Positions 22,687-37,104 of a DNA stretch of 64,000 nucleotides are shown piece by piece. Source of the stretch: Octopus vulgaris (Eukaryota); NCBI GenBank assembly GCA_951406725.2, contig OX597837.1, positions 17,484,001 to 17,548,000 on the forward strand. Reading direction: 5' to 3'. A program made the position numbers and the translations under genes. The number at the start of each line of letters is the position of its first letter. The stretch's first letter is position 1. Under the pieces are notes generated by a model that saw only the letters and a list, made by a program, of their open reading frames with translations, had not been told where the DNA came from and made no database searches.

Positions 22687-24077
22687 GTTTTTTTCCTTCT
22701 TTCTTCAAATTTTCCTTCATTTCTCGCCGAGTGTTTTCCATACACCTAGGGCAGAGAAGCTCATTGTATGCATTCCCAGATTACACACACAAATTCACAG
22801 ATAAAATATGTATTTAAAAATTAATAAATAAATAAATTCATGGATGGATGTTGTTTTCACAGCGATAATGTTCTTCTCAGTACATGAGCCGTTCCTGTTA
22901 ATATGATTTTTTGCACTTCCTGTAAGGATAGTAAGCCTGGAATCATTTTCAAATAGGTTTCAGTACCTTTTTTATCATTCCTAGAGATCCTACAATCACT
23001 GGTACCGTAGTCGCCTTGAGATGCCACATTTTTTCAATTTCTATTAGCAGTGTCTTTATATTTACTAATCTTGTCAAATTCTTTCACCACTATATTGTGA
23101 TCGCAAGGGATACTCATGTCAATTAATAAACACGTCTTTTTTGTCTGATCTTTTATAATAATATCAGGTTTATTAGCTTTTATAGTCTTGTTGGTCTGTA
23201 CGGGGAAGTCCCATAGAATCGACGCATTTTCTCCCTCAGTCACAGCTTCAGGATGGTGTTTATACCATTTGTCAGCGGTTTTGATTTTATAATACTGACA
23301 TATTGTCCAATGTAAAGACTGGCCGACTCTGTCATGTCTTGCTTTATATTCTGCAGGTGCTAAGACTCTACACCCTGAGATTAGGTGGTCTATTGTTTCA
23401 ATCTCATTGTTACAGAATCGGCATTTTGGGTCAGTTCCATTTTTTATCACATTGGCTTGGTAGTTCCAGGTTAATAAGCTTTGGTCTTGAGCAGCTAATA
23501 TGAAACTTTCACTCTCTGCTTTTAGCCCTGAGGTTCGTAACCATTGGTGTGTGTGTTTCTGGTCGACATCAGCTTGTTTGCTACGGGCCACATAATTGCC
23601 ATGGAGAGGTTTCTGTTCCTATCTGCTAGCTAAAATTTTATGTGCTTTTGTCTTTGCAATTAATTTTATTTTCTTTGCAGCTTCAGTTGGCACATCTCCT
23701 TCAGCCTGATCAATCTGGTGGGTAACTAAGAGATCAGCAGCGAATTTTTTGCTCTCTTTGAGAATAGAGTGAAGTCTTTCATGTTTTTCAACAAGTTTTA
23801 GCATCCAATCGTTGGTTGCTTCAAGGTATTTGGCCAGTCCGATTGTGGTGGTTTTGTATGTAAGTTCAAGCTGGATCAAACCTTGACCTCCCTGAGCTCT
23901 GGGAAGGTAAAGGCGATCCACGTCTGCCTTTGGATGGTGCATCTTATTACAAGTCAGTAGCTTGCGGATTTTTCTGTCAATTTTCATTATTTCACTGGTA
24001 TTCCAGTTAAGCGCATTGAAGCTATAAAGAACAACTGGTACTGCAAAGGAATTTATGGCTAACACCTTATTATATGC

Positions 24078-24080
<3 letters not shown>
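22687..24080 (-). mobile_element. 5'-truncated R4/Dong LINE
   Basis: MHHPKADVDRLY, AAQDQSL, CRFC..ETIDHLISGC knuckle, RHD, KPDIII, KYKD restriction-like endonuclease; 3' UTR ends in (TAA)n. Confidence 0.92.
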
Positions 24081-24144
<64 letters not shown>

Positions 24145-24145
24145 A

Positions 24146-24637
24146 TCAGAACCAAAATCGAAGTCGATCAACATCAATGGAAATTGCAGCTGTGATACCA
24201 GTGCCGGTGGCACGTAAGCGAACCATCCAATCGTGGCCATTGCCAATGCCGCCCCGACTGGCCTCCGTGCTGGTGGCACGTAAAAAGCACCATCTGATCA
24301 TGGCCGTTGCCAGCCTCACCTGGCCCCCGCACCACCCAACTGTGGCCGTTGCCAGCGCCGCCCTGACTGGCCTCCATGCTGGTGGCACGTAAAAAGCACC
24401 ATCCATCCGTGGCCGTTTGCCAGCCCCGTCTGGCACCTGTTCCAGTGGCACGTAGAAAGCACCCACTACACTCACAGAGTGGTTGGCGTTAGGAAGGGCA
24501 TCCAGCCGTAGAAACATTGCCAGATCAGACTGGGCCTGGTGCAGCCTTCTGGCTTCCCAGACCTCAGTTGAACCGTCCAACCCATGCTAGCATGGAAAGC
24601 GGACGCTAAATGATGATGATGATGATGATGATGATGA
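24146..24637 (+). mobile_element. SINE-like element with internal tandem repeats and (GAT)n tail
   Basis: Repeated GTGGCACGTAAAAAGCACC and GGCCGTTGCCAGC units; tail GGACGCTAAATGATGATGAT. Confidence 0.75.
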
Positions 24638-24654
24638 TTATTATTATTATTATT

Positions 24655-25532
24655 CAGTAGTTTTATTTTTATAGCGTGCTTTCACTTTACTACCGAGTGC
24701 AGCTCTGTGTGCCTTGGGTATGTGCTGTGATTTGTTGTGATGCTCTGATGGTTATTGTATGGAAAGTGTTCTGCGTAGGATGTGTGCAGTGCCTAATAGT
24801 GCAATTTTCTGTATGTTATATGTGTTTGTAAGTCCTGGTGTTTTTGTTATGTATTTGTCTGAATATTTTTTTATCATGCCTAATGCACCTACTATGATAG
24901 GAATTGTTTCTGTTTTCAGATTCCACATTCTAGTTACCTCTATTTCCAGGTCTTTGTATTTTGAGAGTTTCTCCATTTCTTTTAGAGACACGTTGTCATC
25001 TGCCGGTATTGATACATCAATTAGAAAGCATTTTTTTCTTCATGATCTCTGACAACTATATCTGGTCTGTTGGCCTTAATTTCTCTATCTGTGTGTATCG
25101 GCATATCCCAGAGTATGGTTGCTTTCTCGTTTTCTGTGACCTTTTCTGGTGTGTGCCTATACCATCTTTTTTCTGTTGTTATTCCATAATGTTGGCATAG
25201 CTTCCAATGTATGTAGGTTCCAACTCTGTCATGTCTGTGAATATATTCCTTCTTAGCCAGGACTGGGCAGCTAGAGATAATATGATTTATTGTTTCTTGT
25301 CCATCTCCACATATTCTGCAGTTACTTGTAATATTTCTTTTCATTACATGTTTTTGGTAATTTCTGGTGGGGAGGCTTTGGTCTTGTACTGCAATTAAAA
25401 ATCCCTCTGTTTCTGCTTTGAGTCCTGAGCTTCTCAACCATTGCTGGGATTTTTCTTTGTCTATTTCTTTTGCGTTTAGTTTAGTCCAGTATTTACCATG
25501 AAGGGGCTTTTCTTGCCATCGTTTTATCATGG

Positions 25533-25535
<3 letters not shown>
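24655..25535 (-). mobile_element. 5'-truncated R4/Dong LINE
   Basis: LHGKY, AVQDQSL, CRIC..HIISSC, RHD, NRPDIVV, KYKDL, IPIIVGALG; (TAA)n at both ends. Confidence 0.92.
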
Positions 25536-25566
<31 letters not shown>

Positions 25567-25599
25567 CATTATTATTATTCATATACACTCAACAAATTA

Positions 25600-25708
25600 G
25601 ACAATGAGCTTCTCTGCCCTAGGTGTATGGAAAACACTCGGTGAGAAATGAAGGAAAATTTGAAGAAAGAAGGAAAAAAACATAATAATGATAATAATAA
25701 TAATAATT
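25600..25708 (+). mobile_element. Dong 3' UTR-only copy
   Basis: reverse complement of about 22687-22767, followed by (TAA)n. Confidence 0.8.
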
Positions 25709-25709
25709 A

Positions 25710-28220
25710 GACTGTTGGAAAATAAAAGAATCCTAACATCGGGCTACAAGTTTCCTTAAATGCCAAGAACACTCCTAAGTATCCTAGCTGTCACCAATAA
25801 CATTGTTTTCTTCAGCTGTATTTCCTCTATCCATCTGTTCAGATTTTTAGGGATAGTTCCTAATGCACCCATAACTGCTAGGATACATTTTACCCGCACT
25901 TTCCATAGTCTCTGTAATTCAATAGCTAGGTCCTGGTACTTTGCTATTTTTTCTATACTTCTTGTGCCAAGTTTTTCATCATTTGGGACTGCAAAGTCAA
26001 TTATCTGGCATCTTCTATTCTCTTTATCTACTACTACCAAATCAGGCCTTCTACCTTCTATTACTCTGTCAGGCTGAATGTTAAAGTCCCATATCATGTA
26101 TTTCTTACTTTCTACTACTTTACTAGGTTCATATTCATACCATTTATTAATATTTTCAAATCCTAGCTTTCTGCAAAGATCCCAGTGGATCTCCCTAGAT
26201 TGTCATGTCTTTTCTTGTATTCTTTCTGTACCAGCCTGCTACATTCACTTACTATATGAGTAACGCTTTCCTCTTTTGATTTGCATAATCTACATTGGGA
26301 ATCTACTTGGTTTTTTCTATTTTGTTTAGTTGATCAGGCTAATGTTATTAAGAGAAGAAAGTGGATGGCAAAATTGGGAGTAGAAGAAATCACAAGAGAA
26401 CTGGAATAGAAAGACCAGGCAGTGGGAAAGACAAACAACACTATAAGAGATACAGCTCAAACCAAAGAAAAACCTGAAGGAAAAAAATAATAATGCTACC
26501 AATAAGGAAGGGACAACTGGCACCAACGACTTAAGTGATTTAAGTGAGGAAGATCAGAAGATTTTAGATGAGTTGCAGGGAGTAATGCGTAAAGGAGTAA
26601 AAAAAAGACTGCCAGCATTAAAAGACATCAACATAAGGAAGCTACAAGAAATGATTAGGAAAATAGATTCTGTTATAAGGAGGATAGATACTAAAAATAT
26701 AGAAGACATTAACTTATTGATCTATGCAGGAGGAGTCACCAGAAGATTAGATATCTCACAGGGAAAAGGAGACTACAAAATAAAGTGAAGACCTTAAGAC
26801 AAGATCTGAATAGAATAGAAACCTGGAAACTGAACAAGTTAGGAAACACAAGATGCAAATCTTACCTCGAGAAAAGATATTTAGTCAAAGAGAAAGAATT
26901 TGGGACAATAATAAAAGAGTTGAAACAGTGTATCATAGCAGTAGCTGGCAAGCTCTCCAGATATCAGAAAAGAATTGATCAATATCAACAGAATAAGTTA
27001 TTTGAGATAGACCAGAGGAGATTTATAACCAAATAAATAGTGGAGAATTAAGTACTGAAGGTGAGAAACTTAATGCAGAAGAAGCTAGAAAGTTCTGGAG
27101 TAATATTTGGGATAAATCATTCAAACATAATGGAGATGCAGTATGGTTAAAGAAAGTGAGGGAATAAGTAGTGAGTGAGAAGCAGCTAGATCTAAAATTA
27201 ACTAATTAATGAGTAAAGTGTTAGGAAAAATGCTGAATTGCAAGGGCCCATGACCAGATTTAGTTCAAGGGTACTGGCTAAAGAAATTCAATAGTTTACA
27301 TGGAAGGCAGAGAGAACAACTTCAGGATTGCCTTAATGGAGGAATAATACCAGATTGGATGACTAGAGGGAGGACAATACTCATTATGAATGATAAAAGG
27401 AAGAGTAATATATCTAGCAACTATAGACCAATCACTTGCTTACCATTAGTGTGGAAGCTGTTAACAGGAATACTTTCAGGAAGCATTTACGAGTATCTTG
27501 AAAACCAGAATTGACTACCAGAAGAACAGAAAGGTTGCAGGAAGGCTAGAGGAATGTATGATCTATTATATATAGACAAAGCAGTTCTAAATGAAGTAAA
27601 AGCTACAAAAGAAAAATTTAACAACAGTATGGATAGATTATAAGAAAGCCTATGACATGATCCCACACTCATGGATAACTGAATGTTTGAGCATGTTCAG
27701 TATAGCAGACAACATAAGAGAATTAATTAGCTTTAGCATGAAGAAATGCAAAGTATATCTCTACTCAGACGACATACTCTTAGGGAAAGTTAATACCAAA
27801 AGAGGAATTTTCCAGGGGGGGCTTGTTGTCCCCTTTAAGATTTGTTTTATGCTTGATCCCCCTCAGTTTAGTATTAAGGAAGGAAAAGGCAGGATATCAG
27901 TTCAGGTAATGGAAAAATTAACCCTTTGTTCTATATGAATGACCTGAAGCTTTTTAGTGAGAATAAAAAAGAGATAGATTCCTCAATACAGACTGTAAGA
28001 CTCTTCAGCAAAGATATAGACATGGAATTTGGCATAGATAAGCGTGCAATATTAGTCATGAGAAGGGGACAGGTAGTCAACAGCGAAGTTATCCATTTAT
28101 CAGATGACCAGACATTAAAATCATTGAAAGGAGGGGAGAATTATAAGTATCTAGGTGTATTAGAATCTAACAGAGTACTAACTACAGAAATGAAAACGAA
28201 AATTGAAAAGGAGTACATCA
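25710..28220. mobile_element. R4/Dong LINE with internal inversion (3' part on minus 25710-26330; RT part on plus 26330-28220)
   Basis: Minus: CRLC, RRPDLVV, KYQDL, GALG. Plus: QQNKLF, NYRPITCL, WIDYKKAYDMIPH, RGIFQG, FYMNDLKLF, YKYLGV. Confidence 0.85.
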
Positions 28221-28221
28221 G

Positions 28222-28489
<268 letters not shown>

Positions 28490-31045
28490 TTTATTGTCTT
28501 TGCACAGCTTCTAACGCTATTGTTGTACTACGGTGTCAGCTGTTCACTACCAGTTAACTAAGGTAACACCCCATAATTTTCAAACACCATCCGAGGTATT
28601 TGAGCGGTTCCAAGCAGTGCTATTTCCTACAAGTGCTCCACCTTTACTGCAGCCCCTATTTGTTCCATGCACTTCTCAAGATTTTTACTCAGTGTTCCTG
28701 GGGCTCCAACAATTATTGATACTACTACCACTTTTTTCAAAAACCACAACTGCTTAACTTCCCAAGCTAACCTGTCATATATATCGACTTTTCTTTCTTC
28801 CTTATCGCATACCTTGTAGTCAGCTGGGCATCCTATATCTATGATCCAGCATCGTTTGCTTTCTTTCTCAATTAATACTATGTCTGGTTTCCTATTCTCT
28901 ATCTCGTGGTCAAACTGAATCATAAAATCCCATTGGATCTTTGCATTTTCATTTTCAATGATACCTTCGGGTTTATGTCCGTACTACTTTTTTGCTCTGT
29001 CAAGTCCATACCAGTTGCAAATAGTCCAATGGACAATCCTTGCTATGTTGTCATAACATCTCTTATGTTCTTTCTGGTCTAGTGGCGTAAATTGATTGGT
29101 AATATGCCATATGGTTTCCTCATTTTGTCCACAGATTCTACACTTATCACTTTCTGATGTGTTGACTATTCTGTATTTGATGTAATTGGTTCTTAATGCT
29201 TGATCTTGGGAAGCACATATTAGAGTCTCCGTCTCTGGTTTTAAATCACTTTTAGTCATCCATAACCATCTTTTTACTCGGTATGTCTTATCTTCAACAT
29301 CCCTATGAAATTGTCCACGCATTCTTTTCTTTATCCACCTATTTTCAATTTCATTCATTTTCAAGTGCTTGTACAGTGCTTAATTTTTGCAATCTTCCAT
29401 CCTACACAAGCCTGGCCTTCTTACTTCCAATAATACTGGCTCTGTGGCATTTTTTACATACCATACTATGTTGTTTTCTTCTGCTCTAATACTGTGTTCG
29501 CATCCAATCAGTCCTCTTTCCCTCTTCTTGATACAGTCTATCTGTGTCACTTTTGGGGTGGAGTATCCCATATCTAATCAGCAACTTCCTTGTCTTTGTG
29601 TCTAAGCTATTTAGTTCGTCTACTGTCCATGCGATTACCCCTGCTCCATATCTAAGTAGTGAAACCGTCCAGGTGTTGATAGCTTCATTCTTATTCCGTC
29701 CGTTTAATTTTGACTTAAGGATCAGTCTCAGTCTGTGCACGTACTCCACCTTAAATTTTTCTGTCATTTCTTTCTCCATCAATTTATACATTTCCAAACT
29801 CCCCAAGTACTTATAGCCCGTCTCTTCTATTTACTTCATAACATCCCTCGACGGTATCGCTAGCCTGTCCATACATTTGATTTTGCCTCTCTTCAAGACT
29901 AACACCACACTTCTTCAGTCTGAACTCCATTCTGATATCAGCACTGAAGGTTTACATCGTATCAATTAAGGAACTGACTTGGGATTCATCTTCACCATAA
30001 AGTTTGAGGTCATCCATGAATAACAAGTGGTTGACTTTTTGTTGGTGGTTCTTGAATACACACCCAGCCTTCGCTTTCCTCAGAATCAGTGTTAGTGGTA
30101 TTCACAGTACAAAGATTAGTGGGGACAAGCAGTCTCCTTGGAAGATACCCTCTCCTGATTTCTATTATTCCTAAACTTCTTCCATTTCGCCATACTTTTT
30201 CGAAGCAATCGCTCGACATTCGATGCAATACTAGATAGGTTCATACATTCCATAATCCAAGAATGTGAGATCATATCGTATGCCTTACGATAATCAATCC
30301 ATGATATGGCAAAGTTAGTCTTCTTCCTTTTGCAGTCTCTAAGTACAGTTTTGTCAACCAGTAGTTGATCCTTGGTACCTCTGCACTTACGCTTGCACCC
30401 CTTCTGCTCATATGGCAGGACTCCATTTTTTTCCCAAGTGTCTGTACATTGACTCTGCGACTATTCCAGTCAATAAAAACCACATAAGCGGCAAGCAGGA
30501 TATCGGCTTGTAATTGTCTACCGTATTGCCTTTTTTGATGTTTTTCAAGCACAGCACTCTCCTACCCATTGTCAGCCACTCTGCTGTTACTTGGTCGGCA
30601 TTTAATATGGTGTTGAGTTGTGCAGCTATTCATGCATGACATACACCAAATCTTTTGATACAGTAGCCTTGAACTCAATCTGGTCCCGGGGCCTTCCAGT
30701 TACCCATTTCTTTACTGATTTCCTTCACTTCCCTAACTGAAATGACTAGTTCTGCCTGTTTTGGACTGACTACCGTTTGTTTCAGTTCTTGTGACCATTC
30801 AGCATCATTCTTGTGCTCCTTGTCTTTGCTCCAGATGTCATTCCAAAACCTTTGACTTTCAATGCTATCTCGTGTCAACTTTTCATCTGTACTCTCCATT
30901 CATTTGTTTGTAGAATCTCTCCTGATCTACTCTGAATAACCTATTCTGCTGACATCCCTTCATTCTTTGGTCGTATCTCACCATCTTTGCTTTCTCTGCA
31001 ATGAGGCGCTGTTTCAGTTACTCTATTACCACTTTCAGGCCCTTT
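28490..31045 (-). mobile_element. R4/Dong LINE, degenerate (RT, CCHC and REL domains)
   Basis: WKAPGPD, LLFMDDL, YKYLG, DTKTRK, ASQDQALRTN, CRIC, RKPDIV. Confidence 0.92.
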
Positions 31046-32910
31046 AGTTCTTTCGTGTTTTAGCGCACGGACCTTAGCTCTGGCAACGCATCCTTCATGT
31101 TTCGCCTCAAAAAATGATCAGGGGCCATTCTCGCCGCTAACGCATCGGTGACGATGCCTTTACTAATCGCCTCTTCTAGATTGCTATCTAGTTCTCCCTC
31201 TAATCTATTTCTTTCTATTGCTAAATCTTTGCTATACGCTATCGATTCTACTCTAATCGCTCTCTTCAGAGCGATCCACTACAGGTTGTTGACGATAACC
31301 CCTGTCAACTGTTGCTTAACTAGTTCGCTTATCCGGTCCCTGTAGTCTTTGCGAGCCGGCAAGAACGCATTCAACTTCCAGTAACTGGGTCCCTGTATAC
31401 ACGTCCTATCTAAATCAACTGAGCATATCACAAATTTTGTGATCTGTGTAGCCGACCAATTTAAATTGTGGGCAACATATGCTGTCCCTATCCTCTCACC
31501 TAACAAATAATCTATCTAAATAGGATCTGGATGACCCGCTGCGGTTGCTCCATGTCCACACTGGCACATCAGAGGAAATCCATTTGGTACCTGTCAGAAA
31601 GCTGGAAAGTCCTGAGCAGGTTTTCGAGTCTTTTACACTCCCTTCTACTATGTACTAAATCCACACAGTCCTTCCGTGTGTCCAAAATACTATTCCAGTC
31701 CCCCACTAGTACTAAAATGCGAGACGTTCCCAAGAATATTTCTAGACACCTGAAGAAATCTGACCTTCCAGTCCCTGTTGGAGCATAAACCACCACTAAT
31801 CTAAAGGCGCCACCTTCATTGCCATTCACGACCAGGACCACCACCCTACCATCCGGGTCCAGGAAGATAGACCGTGCTTGGAGATATAAGGATTTCCGGA
31901 GTAGCACTGCTACACCGCCACCCGCTCCCGATAGACCACAAGATGAGAATACCTCGTAGTCCTAAAAAAAGAATGCTAGAGCGTGTTTTCCGGAGACCCT
32001 TGTTTCAGTAATGGCAGCCACATCCAAATGAAAAGACCTAATATCGTTGAGCAAGTGACCTTGCTTCCAAGTTGATCCTAGGCCACGCACGTTCACATAA
32101 ACCATTCTCAGCACAGCCATGCTAGTCGGAGAAAGAAAACGCGGAGGTTACTCACCTTGATTTTCGAGAAGCCCGGAAGTTCCGGACCTCTCTTGGCAAA
32201 AATGTTTTAAAAGGCCCATCCAATAACCCTTTATCAACATATTTTTTTAAAATCCCACACTACCTAGGAATTTTTCAATTATAGTTTTATAAACGTCTGA
32301 TGAATTTTACTTTTATTGTTTTATAAAGTCTGTCCTTGAGGATTTTGAGGATAAAATCCTCAAATTCCTTTCCCTCTGACTCTATTTTGTTTTTGTTTCG
32401 AATTACAAAATCCATCAATTCACTGTTACACTTGTTCACAACAGTGAAATTGATGGAGACGTTTCATCTACAGTCTGATGAATATTTTTGAAGTTCTGTA
32501 ATCGGTTGTTTCTCGGTCTCTTTAATCTCGTGCTGTTGTTGATGATGTTGCTGCTTTTGAAGTTGTTGATCTTGTTCTTGTTTTTGTTGGAGTGGTTGTG
32601 AATTGTGTTGCAGTTGTGGCTTCAGAATGAGTTTTTGTTAATTTCTTGGAGTGGGGCTATGTACTCTCCTCCTCTTTCGCCCACCCCCTTTTGTCACTGT
32701 GATCCATTGATCGTTCAGCTCTTCCTTCCCCATGTCATTGCAGTTGATGTTGGTTTGGGAGGATAAGCATTCAGGAGCAACTTGCTTTTCCGTGGCAACC
32801 GGGGCTAGACTCCTTTTTCTTGGCTTTGGAATGGGTGTGGGAGTAGGTGTAGGAGTCTTGAGCACTTGTTTATAATTTTGCACTTGTGGTGTTTGTAATG
32901 TAGTGGGACT
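31046..32910 (-). mobile_element. L1/Tx1-type LINE fragment (ORF1 end and AP-endonuclease of ORF2)
   Basis: ATG near 32120 then VYVNVRGL, AAITET, VVVYAP, LVGDWN, GPSYWKLN; low-complexity ORF1-like region upstream. Confidence 0.8.
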
Positions 32911-32919
32911 TTATTTTTC

Positions 32920-33905
32920 CTTGTAACGGCGTTAGAAATGTTTCTGGCCTCGCCCTATGGTGCAACACCATCGAGGTCATAACATGGTTTAAAACCATTA
33001 GCGGAAGGAGTAGAGCTAGGTTTACCCAATTCAATATATTGAACTTTTCCTATCTATATCGAGGAGCTCCTTTTAAGGCACTGGACTTCGCTAGGGCCTA
33101 CACTGAAGTCAGTGACGAGGACATACGCATTATATTGCCCGCTAGAAGAGCCTTACTCTTCAGTAAGGGGTCGGCCTGGGTCAAACGAACTGACCCAGAA
33201 AGCTCCTTTGACGTGGCAATGGGCGCCTTCGACAGTGCTGACGTGTGTGACCTCGTTGGTTTCTTCATCGTAGATGTACTCAAAAAGAAATTCCCTTCAA
33301 CTAACTCTGGGGTTTACAGAGATGATGCATTGGCAATATCAAGAGGGGCAAACGGTCACACGCTAGACAAGCTTAAAAGGATTTCACCAGCACCATGAAC
33401 TCCCTTGGACTGCAGGTCACGATAGAAACCAACCTGAAAACGGCGGATTTCCCTGATGTGACCCTGGAATTGGAGTCCGGTGCCTACAGACTCTTTAGGA
33501 AGCCAAGCGAGAAGCTATCATACATTAACACAGGTTCCTGTCATCCAGCCACAGTTTTCAAGAACCTGGTAAAGGGCGTCAGCAGAAAAATCTCCAGCCT
33601 ATCTTCAAACAGAGATTTTTTATGCTGCCGCCTTATACTACAATGATGCTCTCGCCGCCAGCGGTTTCAAGGATAGAATTAGTTACACGGCAGTCCCTAA
33701 CCCGTCCAAAAGAAAGCACCGCCCTTCTTTTTAAGTGATTCACACTGCCCTTCGCTTTAAGTGTTAAAACCTGAATAGTATGATTTTTCTTAGCTTAGTA
33801 GATAAGCACTTTCCTCGTACAAATAGGTTCTACAAAATATTCAAGAGGCATACCCTGAGAACTTCGTTTAGCTGTGCACTCAATGTAAAAAAGATTTTAG
33901 CAGGT
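32920..33905 (+). pseudogene. Penelope-like RT, Naiad-type
   Basis: WCNT.EVITWF, FDVAMGAFDSADVCDLVG, GVYRDD, DFPDVTL, YINTGSCHP, VDKHFP, SFSC; frameshifted. Confidence 0.82.
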
Positions 33906-34329
33906 AGGCCCACACCTGAGACAGAAGTAGGACACTCATGTAGGGGTAACACAACATGCTCATGGAACGGCGGAATTATAATCCTTGCCCACATGAAAGG
34001 AAATACACCTTACCATACCAGCGTGTGCCATCATGACTATAATCATCAGACCCCTAACTTCGGCCCTCCACCAATAAATACCCTGGAGTCCGGCAATGAG
34101 TTTGACCAGAGCATACACTAACGCACCCACAAACATACACACCAACACGGCGGACACCTACCCAATTGACTGTTATCCACCATCTCCAATATAAGCTCCC
34201 ACACATATTGTACCCCTACACACACCCCATGCACACATAAATGCCCTACGGACTTAACCAATGCATAAAAAAAAGAAAACACACTAACGAACACAGATGT
34301 GTATGCCCACACCCACTACAAAGGGTATA

Positions 34330-35570
34330 CGAGGGACGTTCAATAAGTAATGCCTCTGACCCACTTGCAGTTGTTTGATCTAGCTGAAATTTTGCATGTG
34401 CAATTATTTATATCTCTATAGATTAAGTGGCAAATTACAGCTCTGAGCTAATTGTTTGAACTGAGTCAAGTGTGAAATGGAGCCTATTGAGTGTCGAGTA
34501 GTGATCCGGTTTTTGTATTTGAAAGGACGCACACCACAGGAGACTTTTAATGAAATGAAAGTAACTTATGGTGATGATGCCCCATCATATGACCTTGTAA
34601 AACGCTGGCATCGTGAATTCAAACATGGTCGGAACTCTGTGGAAACAGCTCCCAGATCTGGTCACCCCCTTCTGCCATTGATGAGGCATCTGTCCGTCAA
34701 GTTGAGGCTGCCATTTTGGAAGATCGATGCATAACTATTCCGGGTCTGTGGAAACTATCATTCATGACCATTTGCATATGCAAAAGGTGTCTGCCAGATG
34801 GATTCCCAGGTTGCTCACACCTTTCCAGAAGCAAGAACGCGTCGAGTGCTCGAGGATGAATTTGGAGATGTGCCAAGAAGATGAGTCAAAACTTTTCAAA
34901 TGACTGATTACACAGGATGAAACCTGGGTCCATCACTATGATTCAGAGACCAAAGTCCAGTCAATGCAGTGGAAGCACCGTGACTCACCTCCTCCAAAGA
35001 AGGCAAGGGTGCAGCCCTCCGCTGGCAAGGTCATGCTCACAGTCTTCTGGGACCAGGACGGAGTAGTGATGACAAATTTCCTGGCAAAGGGTACCACAAT
35101 TACAGGAGCCTATTATGCTTCACTTTTGAGGAAATTATGAGAAGCTATCAAAATCAAGAGGTGGGGCAAGATCAGCAAAGGCATCCTCCTCCTGCAGGAC
35201 AACGCTCCGGTTCACAACTCGCGTGTCGCCAGATCAGAAGCACAGGCGTGCTGCTATGAACTCCTCCCCCATCCCCCCTACGCTCCTGACCTTGCACCCT
35301 CTGATTTTCACCTCTTCCCAGCCATGAAGTTTTTTTTTAAAGGAAAGCATTTCACAGATGATGAAGCCTTGATTTCTAAAGTCACGTCGTGGCTGGAGGA
35401 CCAAGCTGGGGTCTTCTACAAAAACGGTCTCCAGCGCTGCATCAAACGATGGCAGAAATGCGTAACTCTGGGTGGTTTCTATGTAGAAAAAGACTAATAA
35501 CTGTGCCAAGTTTCGTTGCTCTACTGCTATGGGAAGTGGGTCAGGGGCATTACTTATTGAACGCCCCTCG
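34330..35570 (+). mobile_element. mariner transposon (DD34D, irritans-like), full length, defective
   Basis: TIR CGAGGGACGTTCAATAAGTAATGCC at both ends with TA duplication; transposase 34477 to about 35497 with WIPRLLT, QDETW, QDNAPVH, HPPYAPDLAPSDF; internal stops and frameshifts. Confidence 0.95.
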
Positions 35571-36119
35571 TACATATTGTATCATTACACAAATTCCATT
35601 TCCACAAGAACACTAATCTTAAGGACACACACATTTCCCACAAACTTTTCCAGAAAACTCTTACTGAATTGCAACATAACTACTCCAGTGGGGATGTTTT
35701 AGTACCAAGGGACATAACTCTTAACTCAACCGCTAACTCGTTTCGTTTCACCACCTTTTCACAGCAACCGCACACCGGGTGTGTCTATTCACCTCCAACA
35801 ATAGAGAGCACTCGCCATATTTCATTCCATATCGGCTACCTCTGATGATTGCAGGGTTGCATAATCGGATTGTTACCAAACACTCCGTTGAATCCCTGGT
35901 GCGAAGCCGATTGGTAAGATCAGCCGTAATGGATGTATAATACTGTGCACTAGAGATAATATACACACACTATTGATAGATATACGAATGCATTTTTTAC
36001 ATATATATACATATACACATACACACAGACATATATACACACACATGTATGTATGTATGTATGTATGTATGTATGTATGTATGTATGTATGTATGTATGC
36101 ATGCATGTATGTGTATTTA

Positions 36120-36942
36120 TAAATTAGCTGTTAGTACCAGTAGCAGTGTTTGTAACAAATAATATTTCGCACATCCAGCTTAAATTGGATGTGTTGTTTA
36201 GATCACCTTAAACTGCTGTTAACGCCCAGAGATATCAGTTCATGCTGACGACACAAGCTGATTAAGTACCGACTATACCAGCTGACGAAATTATCTTCTG
36301 CACCGATAGAAGGCATGACCGTATCACGTGATTTGACCGTTGCTGCAGATCATCGGCGGCAGCCAGTCTTTGCATCGATCACAGAAAAAAAAGTCAGTCA
36401 AACCGATATAATATAATAATATATATAAAACTATTTGCATCATGTGATTTTATTATTAGTTACGAATCATGAGTGGCAGTCAGCCTCACACCAAGTACCA
36501 GGACGAAAGTCAATCGAACCGATATAGTATAATAATAGCTAAACATTCAGTTACGTCGCAAACGGCTGGTAGGATACGAATTAGCTATTAATAACGGTAA
36601 CAGTGTTTGTAAATTGGGCGTGTTGTTTAAATTGCCTTAAACTACGGTTGACGTCCAGAAATACTATCTCATGTTGATTACACGTGTAAATTAAATACCA
36701 ATTATATCAGCTGATGAAATCACCATCTGTTCACATGATTTCACCGTACTGCGGATCATCAGAGGCAGTCAGTTTCACATCCAATGCTAATTTCTTCGTA
36801 GCCCGCCGGTTTTTCGCGACATCACGGGCTGTTTGGCTATTATTATACTATATCGGTTCGACTGTCTTTCGATCTAGTATTTGGTGTGAGGCTGACTCAT
36901 GGTTCGTAAGTAATAATGAAATCACGTGATGCAAATAGTTAT
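36120..36942. repeat. old tandem and inverted repeat complex (PLE pLTR-like)
   Basis: Direct repeat about 36120-36380 versus 36580-36782; inverted repeat about 36429-36548 versus 36828-36941; CAGCTGA(C/T)GA half-cores at about 36280 and 36710. Confidence 0.6.
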
Positions 36943-37024
36943 ATATATATATATATATATAATATTATTAGTGAATTGAAGAAATGGAGTTGAACGAAGA
37001 TTGAACAGAAATCGTTTTATTGCA

Positions 37025-37104
37025 TTCTACACGTGTTTCGAAAGGCACAATTTACCAAATTCCGATTGAATAAGGAGACCATATTGTGTCTTTCTCTTCA
37101 GGAA
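37025..37104 (-). ncRNA. type I hammerhead ribozyme (inverted pLTR copy)
   Basis: reverse complement of 38360-38439. Confidence 0.8.

Noticed and set aside
24190-24470. CRISPR-like repeat-spacer array
   Set aside because: The spacers are themselves similar, the context is eukaryotic, there are no cas genes, and it is internal SINE repetition
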